DNA of 64,000 bases from Eledone cirrhosa (lineage: Eukaryota). The DNA is taken from NCBI GenBank assembly GCA_964016885.1, contig OZ024745.1:6262001-6326000 (forward strand), given 5' to 3'. Position numbers and translations under genes: made by a program. Below the pieces are notes generated by a model, which saw nothing but the letters and a program-made list of their open reading frames with translations, ran no database searches and was not told the origin of the DNA. This document shows, one piece after another, positions 1-15,700 of this stretch; the first letter of the stretch is position 1, and each line of letters opens with the position of its first letter.

Positions 1-3000
1 ATACTGTCAGATATAGTATTATAATACTCTCAGTTATAGTATTATATTACTGATAGATATATTATTATATTACTGTCAGATATAGTATTGTATTGCTGTC
101 AGATATAGAATTATAATTCTGTCAGATATAGTATTATATTACTGTCAGATATATATTATATTACTGTCAGATATAGTATTATAATACTGTCAGATATAGT
201 ATTATAATACTGTCAGATATAGTATTATATTACTGTCAGATATAGTATTATAATACTGTCAGATATAATATTATAATACTGTCAGATATAGAATTATAAT
301 ACTGTCTGATATAGTATTATATTATTGTCAGATATAGTATTATATTACTGTCAGATATAGTATAATAATACTGTCAGATATAGTATTATAATACTGTCAG
401 ATATAGTATTATGTTACTGTTAGATATAGTATTATATTACTATCAGATATAGTATTATATTACTGTCAGATATAGTATTATATTACTGTCAGATATAGTA
501 TTATATTACTGTCAGATATAGTATTATATTACTGTCAGATATAGTATTATAATACTGTCAGATATAGTATTATATTACTGTCAGATATATATTATATTAC
601 TGTCAGATATAGTATTATAATACTGTCAGATATAGTATTATAATACTGTCAGATATAGTATTATAATACTGTCAAATATAGTATTATAATACTGTCAGAT
701 AGAGTATTATATTACTGTCAGATATAGTATCATGATACTGTCAGTTATAGTATTATAATAATGTCAGATATAGTATTATACTACTGTCAGATATAGTATT
801 ATAATACTGTCAGATATAGTATTATATTACTGTCAGATATAGTATTATATAACTGTCAGATATTGTATTATATTACAGTCAGATATAGTATTATAACACT
901 GTCTGACAGTAGTATATTACTGTCAGATATAGTATTATATTACTGTCAGATATTGTATTTATATTACTGTCAGATATAGTATTATAATACTGTCTGACAG
1001 TATTATGTTACTGTCAGATAAAGTATTATATTACTGTTAGATATAGTGTTATAATACTGTCAGATATAGTATTATAATACTGTCTAACAGTATTATATTA
1101 TTGTCAGATATAGTATTATATTACTGTCAGATATAGTGTTTTAATACTGTCAGATATAGTATTATATTACTGTCAGATATAGTGTTATAATACTGTCTGA
1201 TATAGTATTATAAAACTGTCAGATATTGAATTATATTGCTGTCAGATATAGTATTATAATACTGTCAGTTATAGTATTATATTACTGTCAGATATAGTAT
1301 TATAATACTCTCAGATATTGTATTATATCACTGTCAGATATAGTATTATATTACTGGCAGATATAGTATTATATTACTGTCAGATATAGTATTATATTAC
1401 TGTCAGATATAGTAATATAATACTGTCAGATATAGTATTATAATACTCTCAGTTATAGTATTATATTACTGACAAATATATTATTATATTACTGTCAGGT
1501 ATAGTATTGTATTGCTGTCAGATATAGAATTATAATTCTGTCAGATATAGTATTATATTACTGTCAGATATATATTATATTACTGTCAGATATAGTATTA
1601 TAATACTGTCAGATATAGTATTATAATACTGTCAGATATAGTATTATATTACTGTCAGATATAGTATTATAATACAGTCAGATATAATATTATAATACTG
1701 TCAGATATAGAATTATAATACTGTCTGATATAGTATTATATTATTGTCAGATATAGTATTATATTACTGTCAGATATAGTATTATAATACTGTCAGATAT
1801 AGTATTATAATACTGTCAGATATAGTATTATATTACTGTTAGATATAGTATTATATTACTATCAGATATAGTATTATAATACTGTCAGATATAGTATTAT
1901 ATTACTGTTAGATATAGTATTATATTACTATCAGATATAGTATTATATTACTGTCAGATATAGTATTATATTACTGTCAGATATAGTATTATATTACTGT
2001 CAGATATAGTATTATATTACTGTCAGATACAGTATTATATTACTGTCCGATATAGTATTATTTTTACTGTCAGATATAGTATTATATTACTGTCAGATAT
2101 AGTATTATATTACTGTCAGATATAGTATTATAATACTGTCAGATATAGTATTATAATACTGTCAGATATATTATTATAATACTGTCAGATATAGTATTAT
2201 AATACTGTCAAATATAGTATTATATTACTGTCAGATATAGTATTATAATACTGTCAGTTGTAGTATTATAATACTGTAAGATATAGTATTATATTACTGT
2301 CAGATATAGTATTATAATACTGTCTGACAGTATTATATTACTGTCAGATATAGTATTATATAACTGTCAGATATGGTATTATATTACAGTCAGATATAGT
2401 ATTATAACACTGTCTGACAGTATTATGTTACTGTCAGATAAAGTATTATATTACTGTCAGATATAGTGTTATAATACTGTCAGATATAGTATTATAATAC
2501 TGTCTGACAGTATTATATTACTGTCAGATATAGTATTATATTACTGTCAGATATAGTGTTATAATACTGTCAGATATAGTATTATATTACTGTCAGATAT
2601 AGTGTTATAATACTGTCTGATATAGTATTATAAAACTGTCAGATATTGAATTATATTGCTGTCAGATATAGTATTATAATACTGTCAGTTATAGTATTAT
2701 ATTACTGTCAGATATAGTATTATAATACTGTCAGATATTGTATTATATCACTGTCAGATATAGTATTATATTACTGGCAGATATAGTATTTTATTACTGT
2801 CAGATATAGTATTATATTACTGTCAGATATAGTAATATAATACTGTCAGATATAGTATTATAATACTCTCAGTTATAGTATTATATTACTGATAGATATA
2901 TTATTATATTACTGTCAGATATAGTATTGTATTGCTGTCAGATATAGAATTATAATTCTGTCAGATATAGTATTATATTACTGTCAGATATATATTATAT

Positions 3001-6000
3001 TACTGTCAGATATAGTATTATAATACTGTCAGATATAGTATTATAATACTGTCAGATATAGTATTATATTACTGTCAGATATAGTATTATAATACAGTCA
3101 GATATAATATTATAATACTGTCAGATATAGAATTATAATACTGTCTGATATAGTATTATATTATTGTCAGATATAGTATTATATTACTGTCAGATATAGT
3201 ATTATAATACTGGCAGATATAGTATTATAATACTGTCACATATAGTATTATATTACTGTTAGATATAGTATTATATTACTATCAGATATAGTATTATAAT
3301 ACTGTCAACTATAGTATTATATTACTGTTAGATATAGTATTATATTACTATCAGATATAGTATTATATTACTGTCAGATATAGTATTATATTACTGTGAG
3401 ATATAGTATTATATTACTGTCAGATATAGTATTATATTACTGTCAGATATAGTATTATATTACTGTCAGATATAGTATTATAATACTGTCAGATATAGTA
3501 TTATATTACTGTCAGATATAGTATTATAATACTGTCAGATATAGTATTATAATACTGTCAGATATATTATTATAATACTGTCAGATATAGTATTATAATA
3601 CTGTCAAATATAGTATTATATTACTGTCAGATATAGTATTATAATAATGTCAGTTGTAGTATTATAATACTGTCAGATATAGTATTATATTACTGTCAGA
3701 TATAGTATTATAATACTGTCTGACAGTATTATATTACTGTCAGATATAGTATTATATAACTGTCAGATATGGTATTATATTACAGTCCGATATAGTATTA
3801 TAACACTGTCTGACAGTATTATGTTACTGTCAGATAAAGTATTATATTACTGTCAGATATAGTGTTATAATACTGTCAGATATAGTATTATAATACTGTC
3901 TGACAGTATTATATTACTGTCAGATATAGTATTATATTACTGTTAGATATAGTGTTATAATACTGTCAGATATAGTATTATATTACTGTCAGATATAGTG
4001 TTATAATACTGTCTGATATAGTATTATAAAACTGTCAGATATTGAATTATATTGCTGTCAGATATAGTATTATAATACTGTCAGTTATGGTATTATATTA
4101 CTGTCAGATATAGTATTATAATACTGTCAGATATTGTATTATATCACTGTCAGATATAGTATTATATTACTGGCAGATATAGTATTATATTACTGTCAGA
4201 TATAGTATTATATTACTGTCAGATATAGTAATATAATACTGTCAGATATAGTATTATAATACTCTCAGTTATAGTATTATATTACTGATAGATATATTAT
4301 TATATTACTGTCAGATATAGTATTGTATTGCTGTCAGATATAGAATTATAATTCTGTCAGATATAGTATTATATTACTGTCAGATATATATTATATTACT
4401 GTCAGATATAGTATTATAATACTGTCAGATATAGTATTATAATACTGTCAGATATAGTATTATATTACTGTCAGATATAGTATTATAATACTGTCAGATA
4501 TAATATTATAATACTGTCAGATATAGAATTATAATACTGTCTGATATAGTATTATATTATTGTCAGATATAGTATTATATTACTGTCAGATATAGTATAA
4601 TAATACTGTCAGATATAGTATTATAATACTGTCAGATATAGTATTATGTTACTGTTAGATATAGTATTATATTACTATCAGATATAGTATTATATTACTG
4701 TCAGATATAGTATTATATTACTGTCAGATATAGTATTATATTACTGTCAGATATAGTATTATATTACTGTCAGATATAGTATTATAATACTGTCAGATAT
4801 AGTATTATATTACTGTCAGATATATATTATATTACTGTCAGATATAGTATTATAATACTGTCAGATATAGTATTATAATACTGTCAGATATAGTATTATA
4901 ATACTGTCAAATATAGTATTATAATACTGTCAGATAGAGTATTATATTACTGTCAGATATAGTATCATGATACTGTCAGTTATAGTATTATAATAATGTC
5001 AGATATAGTATTATACTACTGTCAGATATAGTATTATAATACTGTCAGATATAGTATTATATTACTGTCAGATATTGTATTATATTACTATCAGATATAG
5101 TATTATATTACTGTCAGATATAGTATTATATTACTGTCAGATATAGTATTATATTACTGTCAGATATAGTATTCATATTACAGTCAGATATAGTATTATA
5201 TTACTGTCAGGTATAGTATTATAATACTGTCAGATATAGTATTATAATACTCTCAGTTATGGTATTATATTACTGTCAGATATAGTATTATATTACTGTC
5301 AGATATAGTATTATATTACTGTCAGATATAGTATTATATTACTGTCAGATATAGTATTATATTACTGTCAGATATAGTATTATAATAATGTCTGATATTG
5401 TATTATATAACTGTCAGATATAGTATTATATTACTGTCTGATATAGTATTATATCACTGTCAGATATAGTATTATAATACTGTCAGATATAGTATCATAA
5501 TACTGTCAGATATAGTATTATAATACTGTCAGATATATTATTATAATACTGTAAGATATAGTATTATAATACTGTCTGACAGTATTATATTACTGTCAGA
5601 TATAGTATTATATTACTGTCAGATATAGTGTTATAATACTGTCAGATATAGTATTATATTACTGTCTGATATAGTATTATAAAACTGTCAGATATTGAAT
5701 TATATTGCTGTCAGATATAGTATTATAATACTGTCAGTTATAGTATTATATTACTGTCAGATATAGTATTATAATACTGTCAGATATTGTATTATATCAC
5801 TGTCAGATATAGTATTATATTACTGGCAGATATAGTATTTTATTACTGTCAGATATAGTATTATATTACTGTCAGATATAGTAATATAATACTGTCAGAT
5901 ATAGTATTATAATACTCTCAGTTATAGTATTATATTACTGATAGATATATTATTATATTACTGTCAGATATAGTATTGTATTGCTGTCAGATATAGAATT

Positions 6001-9000
6001 ATAATTCTGTCAGATATAGTATTATATTACTGTCAGATATATATTATATTACTGTCAGATATAGTATTATAATACTGTCAGATATAGTAATATAATACTG
6101 TCAGATATAGTATTATATTACTGTCAGATATAGTATTATAATACAGTCAGATATAATATTATAATACTGTCAGATATAGAATTATAATACTGTCTTATAT
6201 AGTATTATATTATTGTCAGATATAGTATTATATTACTGTCAGATATAGTATTATAATACTGTCAGATATAGTATTATAATACTGTCACATATAGTATTAT
6301 ATTACTGTTAGATATAGTATTATATTACTATCAGATATAGTATTATAAAACTGTCAACTATAGTATTATATTACTGTTAGATATAGTATTATATTACTAT
6401 CAGATATAGTATTATATTACTGTCAGATATAGTATTATATTACTGTCAGATATAGTATTATATTACTGTCAGATATAGTATTATATTACTGTCAGATATA
6501 GTATTATATTACTGTCAGATATAGTATTATATTACTGTCAGATATAGTAGTATATTACTGTCAGATATAGTATTATATTACTGTCAGATATAGTATTATA
6601 ATACTGTCAGATATAGTATTATAATACTGTCAGATATATTATTATAATACTGTCAGTTGTAGTATTATAATACTGTCAGATATAGTATTATATTACTGTC
6701 AGATATAGTATTATAATACTGTCTGACAGTATTATATTACTGTCAGATATAGTATCATATAACTGTCAGATATGGTATTATATTACAGTCAGATATAGTA
6801 TTATAACACTGTCTGACAGTATTATGTTACTGTCAGATAATGTATTATATTACTGTCAGATATAGTGTTATAATACTGTCAGATATAGTATTATAATACT
6901 GTCTGACAGTATTATATTACTGTCAGATATAGTATTATATTACTGTCAGATATAGTGTTATAATACTGTCAGATATAGTATTATATTACTGTCAGATATA
7001 GTGTTATAATACTGTCTGATATAGTATTATAAAACTGTCAGATATTGAATTATATTGCTGTCAGATATAGTATTATAATACTGTCAGTTATAGTATTATA
7101 TTACTGTCAGATATAGTATTATAATACTGTCAGATATTGTATTATATCACTGTCAGATATAGTATTATATTACTGGCAGATATAGTATTTTATTACTGTC
7201 AGATATAGTATTATATTACTGTCAGATATAGTAATATAATACTGTCAGATATAGTATTATAATACTCTCAGTTATAGTATTATATTACTGATAGATATAT
7301 TATTATATTACTGTCAGATATAGTATTGTATTGCTGTCAGATATAGAATTATAATTCTGTCAGATATAGTATTATATTACTGTCAGATATATATTATATT
7401 ACTGTCAGATATAGTATTATAATACTGTCAGATATAGTATTATAATACTGTCAGATATAGTATTATATTACTGTCAGATATAGTATTATAATACAGTCAG
7501 ATATAATATTATAATACTGTCAGATATAGAATTATAATACTGTCTGATATAGTATTATATTATTGTCAGATATAGTATTATATTACTGTCAGATATAGTA
7601 TTATAATACTGGCAGATATAGTATTATAATACTGTCACATATAGTATTATATTACTGTTAGATATAGTATTATATTACTATCAGATATAGTATTATAATA
7701 CTGTCAACTATAGTATTATATTACTGTTAGATATAGTATTATATTACTATCAGATATAGTATTATATTACTGTCAGATATAGTATTATATTACTGTGAGA
7801 TATAGTATTATATTACTGTCAGATATAGTATTATATTACTGTCAGATATAGTATTATATTACTGTCAGATATAGTATTATAATACTGTCAGATATAGTAT
7901 TATATTACTGTCAGATATAGTATTATAATACTGTCAGATATAGTATTATAATACTGTCAGATATATTATTATAATACTGTCAGATATAGTATTATAATAC
8001 TGTCAAATATAGTATTATATTACTGTCAGATATAGTATTATAATAATGTCAGTTGTAGTATTATAATACTGTCAGATATAGTATTATATTACTGTCAGAT
8101 ATAGTATTATAATACTGTCTGACAGTATTATATTACTGTCAGATATAGTATTATATAACTGTCAGATATGGTATTATATTACAGTCCGATATAGTATTAT
8201 AACACTGTCTGACAGTATTATGTTACTGTCAGATAAAGTATTATATTACTGTCAGATATAGTGTTATAATACTGTCAGATATAGTATTATAATACTGTCT
8301 GACAGTATTATATTACTGTCAGATATAGTATTATATTACTGTTAGATATAGTGTTATAATACTGTCAGATATAGTATTATATTACTGTCAGATATAGTGT
8401 TATAATACTGTCTGATATAGTATTATAAAACTGTCAGATATTGAATTATATTGCTGTCAGATATAGTATTATAATACTGTCAGTTATGGTATTATATTAC
8501 TGTCAGATATAGTATTATAATACTGTCAGATATTGTATTATATCACTGTCAGATATAGTATTATATTACTGGCAGATATAGTATTATATTACTGTCAGAT
8601 ATAGTATTATATTACTGTCAGATATAGTAATATAATACTGTCAGATATAGTATTATAATACTCTCAGTTATAGTATTATATTACTGATAGATATATTATT
8701 ATATTACTGTCAGATATAGTATTGTATTGCTGTCAGATATAGAATTATAATTCTGTCAGATATAGTATTATATTACTGTCAGATATATATTATATTACTG
8801 TCAGATATAGTATTATAATACTGTCAGATATAGTATTATAATACTGTCAGATATAGTATTATATTACTGTCAGATATAGTATTATAATACTGTCAGATAT
8901 AATATTATAATACTGTCAGATATAGAATTATAATACTGTCTGATATAGTATTATATTATTGTCAGATATAGTATTATATTACTGTCAGATATAGTATAAT

Positions 9001-12000
9001 AATACTGTCAGATATAGTATTATAATACTGTCAGATATAGTATTATGTTACTGTTAGATATAGTATTATATTACTATCAGATATAGTATTATATTACTGT
9101 CAGATATAGTATTATATTACTGTCAGATATAGTATTATATTACTGTCAGATATAGTATTATATTACTGTCAGATATAGTATTATAATACTGTCAGATATA
9201 GTATTATATTACTGTCAGATATATATTATATTACTGTCAGATATAGTATTATAATACTGTCAGATATAGTATTATAATACTGTCAGATATAGTATTATAA
9301 TACTGTCAAATATAGTATTATAATACTGTCAGATAGAGTATTATATTACTGTCAGATATAGTATCATGATACTGTCAGTTATAGTATTATAATAATGTCA
9401 GATATAGTATTATACTACTGTCAGATATAGTATTATAATACTGTCAGATATAGTATTATATTACTGTCAGATATTGTATTATATTACTATCAGATATAGT
9501 ATTATATTACTGTCAGATATAGTATTATATTACTGTCAGATATAGTATTATATTACTGTCAGATATAGTATTCATATTACAGTCAGATATAGTATTATAT
9601 TACTGTCAGGTATAGTATTATAATACTGTCAGATATAGTATTATAATACTCTCAGTTATGGTATTATATTACTGTCAGATATAGTATTATATTACTGTCA
9701 GATATAGTATTATATTACTGTCAGATATAGTATTATATTACTGTCAGATATAGTATTATATTACTGTCAGATATAGTATTATAATAATGTCTGATATTGT
9801 ATTATATAACTGTCAGATATAGTATTATATTACTGTCTGATATAGTATTATATCACTGTCAGATATAGTATTATAATACTGTCAGATATAGTATCATAAT
9901 ACTGTCAGATATAGTATTATAATACTGTCAGATATATTATTATAATACTGTAAGATATAGTATTATAATACTGTCTGACAGTATTATATTACTGTCAGAT
10001 ATAGTATTATATTACTGTCAGATATAGTGTTATAATACTGTCAGATATAGTATTATATTACTGTCTGATATAGTATTATAAAACTGTCAGATATTGAATT
10101 ATATTGCTGTCAGATATAGTATTATAATACTGTCAGTTATAGTATTATATTACTGTCAGATATAGTATTATAATACTGTCAGATATTGTATTATATCACT
10201 GTCAGATATAGTATTATATTACTGGCAGATATAGTATTTTATTACTGTCAGATATAGTATTATATTACTGTCAGATATAGTAATATAATACTGTCAGATA
10301 TAGTATTATAATACTCTCAGTTATAGTATTATATTACTGATAGATATATTATTATATTACTGTCAGATATAGTATTGTATTGCTGTCAGATATAGAATTA
10401 TAATTCTGTCAGATATAGTATTATATTACTGTCAGATATATATTATATTACTGTCAGATATAGTATTATAATACTGTCAGATATAGTAATATAATACTGT
10501 CAGATATAGTATTATATTACTGTCAGATATAGTATTATAATACAGTCAGATATAATATTATAATACTGTCAGATATAGAATTATAATACTGTCTTATATA
10601 GTATTATATTATTGTCAGATATAGTATTATATTACTGTCAGATATAGTATTATAATACTGTCAGATATAGTATTATAATACTGTCACATATAGTATTATA
10701 TTACTGTTAGATATAGTATTATATTACTATCAGATATAGTATTATAAAACTGTCAACTATAGTATTATATTACTGTTAGATATAGTATTATATTACTATC
10801 AGATATAGTATTATATTACTGTCAGATATAGTATTATATTACTGTCAGATATAGTATTATATTACTGTCAGATATAGTATTATATTACTGTCAGATATAG
10901 TATTATATTACTGTCAGATATAGTATTATATTACTGTCAGATATAGTAGTATATTACTGTCAGATATAGTATTATATTACTGTCAGATATAGTATTATAA
11001 TACTGTCAGATATAGTATTATAATACTGTCAGATATATTATTATAATACTGTCAGTTGTAGTATTATAATACTGTCAGATATAGTATTATATTACTGTCA
11101 GATATAGTATTATAATACTGTCTGACAGTATTATATTACTGTCAGATATAGTATCATATAACTGTCAGATATGGTATTATATTACAGTCAGATATAGTAT
11201 TATAACACTGTCTGACAGTATTATGTTACTGTCAGATAATGTATTATATTACTGTCAGATATAGTGTTATAATACTGTCAGATATAGTATTATAATACTG
11301 TCTGACAGTATTATATTACTGTCAGATATAGTATTATATTACTGTCAGATATAGTGTTATAATACTGTCAGATATAGTATTATATTACTGTCAGATATAG
11401 TGTTATAATACTGTCTGATATAGTATTATAAAACTGTCAGATATTGAATTATATTGCTGTCAGATATAGTATTCTAATACTGTCAGTTATGGTATTATAT
11501 TACTGTCAGATATAGTATTATAATACTGTCAGATATTGTATTATATCACTGTCAGATATAGTATTATATTACTGGCAGATATAGTATTATATTACTGTCA
11601 GATGTAGTATTATATTACTGTCAGATATAGTAATATAATACTGTCAGATATAGTATTATAATACTCTCAGTTATAGTATTATATTACTGATAGATATATT
11701 ATTATATTACTGTCAGATATAGTATTGTATTGCTGTCAGATATAGAATTATAATTCTGTCAGATATAGTATTATATTACTGTCAGATATATATTATATTA
11801 CTGTCAGATATAGTATTATAATACTGTCAGATATAGTATTATAATACTGTCAGATATAGTACTATATTACTGTCAGATATAGTATTATAATACTGTCAGA
11901 TATAATATTATAATACTGTCAGATATAGAATTATAATACTGTCTGATATAGTATTATATTATTGTCAGATATAGTATTATATTACTGTCAGATATAGTAT

Positions 12001-12400
12001 TATAATACTGTCAGATATAGTATTATAATACTGTCAGATATAGTATTATGTTACTGTTAGATATAGTATTATATTACTATCAGATATAGTATTATATTAC
12101 TGTCAGATATAGTGTTATATTACTGTCAGATATAGTATTATATTACTGTCAGATATAGTATTATATTACTGTCAGATATAGTATTATAATACTGTCAGAT
12201 ATAGTATTATATTACTGTCAGATATATATTATATTACTGTCAGATATAGTATTATAATACTGTCAGATATAGTATTATAATACTGTCAGATATAGTATTA
12301 TAATACTGTCAGATATAGTATTATAATACTGTCAGATAGAGTATTATATTACTGTCAGATATAGTATCATGATACTGTCAGTTATAGTATTATAATAATG
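1..12400 (+). repeat. Left haplotype domain: higher-order repeat of ~1.35-1.65 kb (about 59-72 monomers)
   Basis: The marker block ACTCTCAGTTATAG...TGATAG...TATTGTATTGCT...AGAATTATAATTCT recurs at 26, 1445, 2865, 4261, 5914, 7264, 8660, 10313 and 11663 (spacings 1419, 1420, 1396, 1653, 1350, 1396, 1653, 1350). Confidence 0.9.
2450..11460 (+). repeat. 4,399-bp tandem duplication (three HOR units duplicated as one block)
   Basis: Rare variants recur at exactly +4399: ACTGTGAG 3393/7792, ACAGTCCGA 3782/8181, TGTCTTATAT 6191/10590, GTCAGATAATG 6832/11231. Confidence 0.92.
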
Positions 12401-12799
12401 TCAGATATAGTATTATATTACTGTCAGATATAGTATTTATATTACTGTCAGATATTGTATTATATTACTATCAGATATAGTATTATATTACTGTCAGATA
12501 TAGTATTATATTACTGTCAGATATAGTATTATATTACTGTCAGATATAGTATTATATTACTGTCAGGTATAGTATTATAATACTGTCAGATATAGTATTA
12601 TATAACTGTCAGATATAGTATTATATTACTGTCAGATATTGTATTATATTACTATCAGATATAGTATTATATTACTGTCATATATAGTATTATATTACTG
12701 TCAGATATAGTATTATATTACTGTCAGATATAGTATTATATTACTCTCAGTTATGGTATTATATTACTGTCAGATATAGTATTATATTACTGTCAGATA

Positions 12800-15700
12800 T
12801 AGTATTATATTACTGTCAGATATAGTATTATATTACTGTCAGATATAGTATTATATTACTGTCAGATATAGTATTATATTACTGTCTGATATTGTATTAT
12901 ATAACTGTCAGATATAGTATTATATTACTGTCAGATATTGTATTATATTACTATCAGATATAGTATTATATTACTGTCATATATAGTATTATATTACTGT
13001 CAGATATAGTATTATATTACTGTCAGATATAGTATTATATTACTGTCAGGTATAGTATTATAATACTGTCAGATATAGTATTATAATACTCTCAGTTATG
13101 GTATTATATTGCTGTCAGATATAGTATTATATTACTGTCAGATATAGTATTATATTACTGTCAGATATAGTATTATATTACTGTCAGATATAGTATTATA
13201 TTACTGTCAGATATAGTATTATATTACTGTCTGATATTGTATTATATAACTGTCAGATATAGTATTATATTACTGTCTGATATAGTATTATATCACTGTC
13301 AGATATAGTATTATAATACTGTCAGATATAGTATCATAATACTGTCAGATATAGTATTATAATACTGTCAGATATATTATTATAATACTGTAAGATATAG
13401 TATTATATTACTGTCAGATATAGTATTATAATACTGTCAGATATAGTATTATAATACTGTCAGATATAATATTATATTACTGTCAGATATAGTATTATAT
13501 TACTGTCAGATATAGTATTATAATACTGTCTGATATAGTATTATAATACTGTCAGATATAGTAATATATTACTGTCAGATATGGTATTATAGTTCTGTCA
13601 GATATAGTATTATAATACTGTCAGATATAGTATTATAATACTGTCAGATATAATATTATAATACTGTCAGATATAGAATTATAATACTGTCTGATATAGT
13701 ATTATATTATTGTCAGATATAGTATTATAATACTGTCAGATATAGTATTATATCACTGTTAGATATAGTATTATAATACTGTCAGATATGTTATAATACT
13801 GTCAGATATAGTATTATAATACTGTCAGATATAGTATTATATTACTGTCAGATATATTATTATATTACTGTCAGATAAAGTATTGTATTGCTGTCAGATA
13901 TAGAATTATAATACTGTCAGATATAATGTTATAATACTGTCTGATATAGTATTATCTTATTGTCAGATATAGTATTATATTACTGTCAGATATAGTATTA
14001 TAATTCTGTCAGATTATATTACTGTCAGATATAGTATTATATTACTGTCTGATATTGTATTATATTACTGTTTGATATAGTATTATATTTCTGTTAGATA
14101 TAGTATTTTAATACTGTCAGATATAGTATTATAGTACTGTCTGAGATAGTATTATAATACTGTCAGATATAGTATTATAATACTGTCAGATATAGTATTA
14201 TATTACTGTTAGATATAGTATTATATTACTATCAGATATAGTATTATATTACTGTCAGATATAGTATTATATTACTGTCAGATATAGTATTATAATACTG
14301 TCAGATATAGTATTATAATACTGTCAGATATAGTATTATAATACTGTCAGATATAGTATTATATTACTGTTAGATATAGTATTATATTACTATCAGATAT
14401 AGTATTATATTACTGTCAGATATAGTATTATATTACTGTCAGATATAGTATTATATTACTGTCAGATATAGTATTATATTACTGTCAGATATAGTATTAT
14501 ATTACTGTCTGATATTGTATTATATAACTGTCAGATATAGTATTATATTACTGTCAGATATTGTATTATATTACTATCAGATATAGTATTATATTACTGT
14601 CATATATAGTATTATATTACTGTCAGATATAGTATTATATTACTGTCAGATATAGTATTATATTACTGTCAGGTATAGTATTATAATACTGTCAGATATA
14701 GTATTATAATACTCTCTGTTATGGTATTATATTGCTGTCAGATATAGTATTATATTACTGTCAGATATAGTATTATATTACTGTCAGATATAGTATTATA
14801 TTACTGTCAGATATAGTATTATATTACTGTCAGATATAGTATTATATTACTGTCTGATATTGTATTATATAACTGTCAGATATAGTATTATATTACTGTC
14901 TGATATAGTATTATATCACTGTCAGATATAGTATTATAATACTGTCAGATATAGTATCATAATACTGTCAGATATAGTATTATAATACTGTCAGATATAT
15001 TATTATAATACTGTAAGATATAGTATTATATTACTGTCAGATATAGTATTATAATACTGTCAGATATAGTATTATAATACTGTCAGATATAATATTATAT
15101 TACTGTCAGATATAGTATTATATTACTGTCAGATATAGTATTATAATACTGTCTGATATAGTATTATAATACTGTCAGATATAGTAATATATTACTGTCA
15201 GATATGGTATTATAGTACTGTCAGATATAGTATTATAATACTGTCAGATATAGTATTATAATACTGTCAGATATAATATTATAATACTGTCAGATATAGA
15301 ATTATAATACTGTCTGATATAGTATTATATTATTGTCAGATATAGTATTATAATACTGTCAGATATAGTATTATATCACTGTTAGATATAGTATTATAAT
15401 ACTGTCAGATATGTTATAATACTGTCAGATATAGTATTATATTACTGTCAGATATATTATTATATTACTGTCAGATAAAGTATTGTATTGCTGTCAGATA
15501 TAGAATTATAATACTGTCAGATATAATGTTATAATACTGTCTGATATAGTATTATCTTATTGTCAGATATATTATTATATTACTGTCAGATATAGTATTA
15601 TAATTCTGTCAGATTATATTACTGTCAGATATAGTATTATATTACTGTCTGATATTGTATTATATTACTGTTTGATATAGTATTATATTTCTGTTAGATA

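Noticed and set aside
2313-2337. Array inversion point at TCTGACAG monomers
   Set aside because: Orientation returns to GTCAGATAT in the very next monomer; the inverted tract is only a few bases long.
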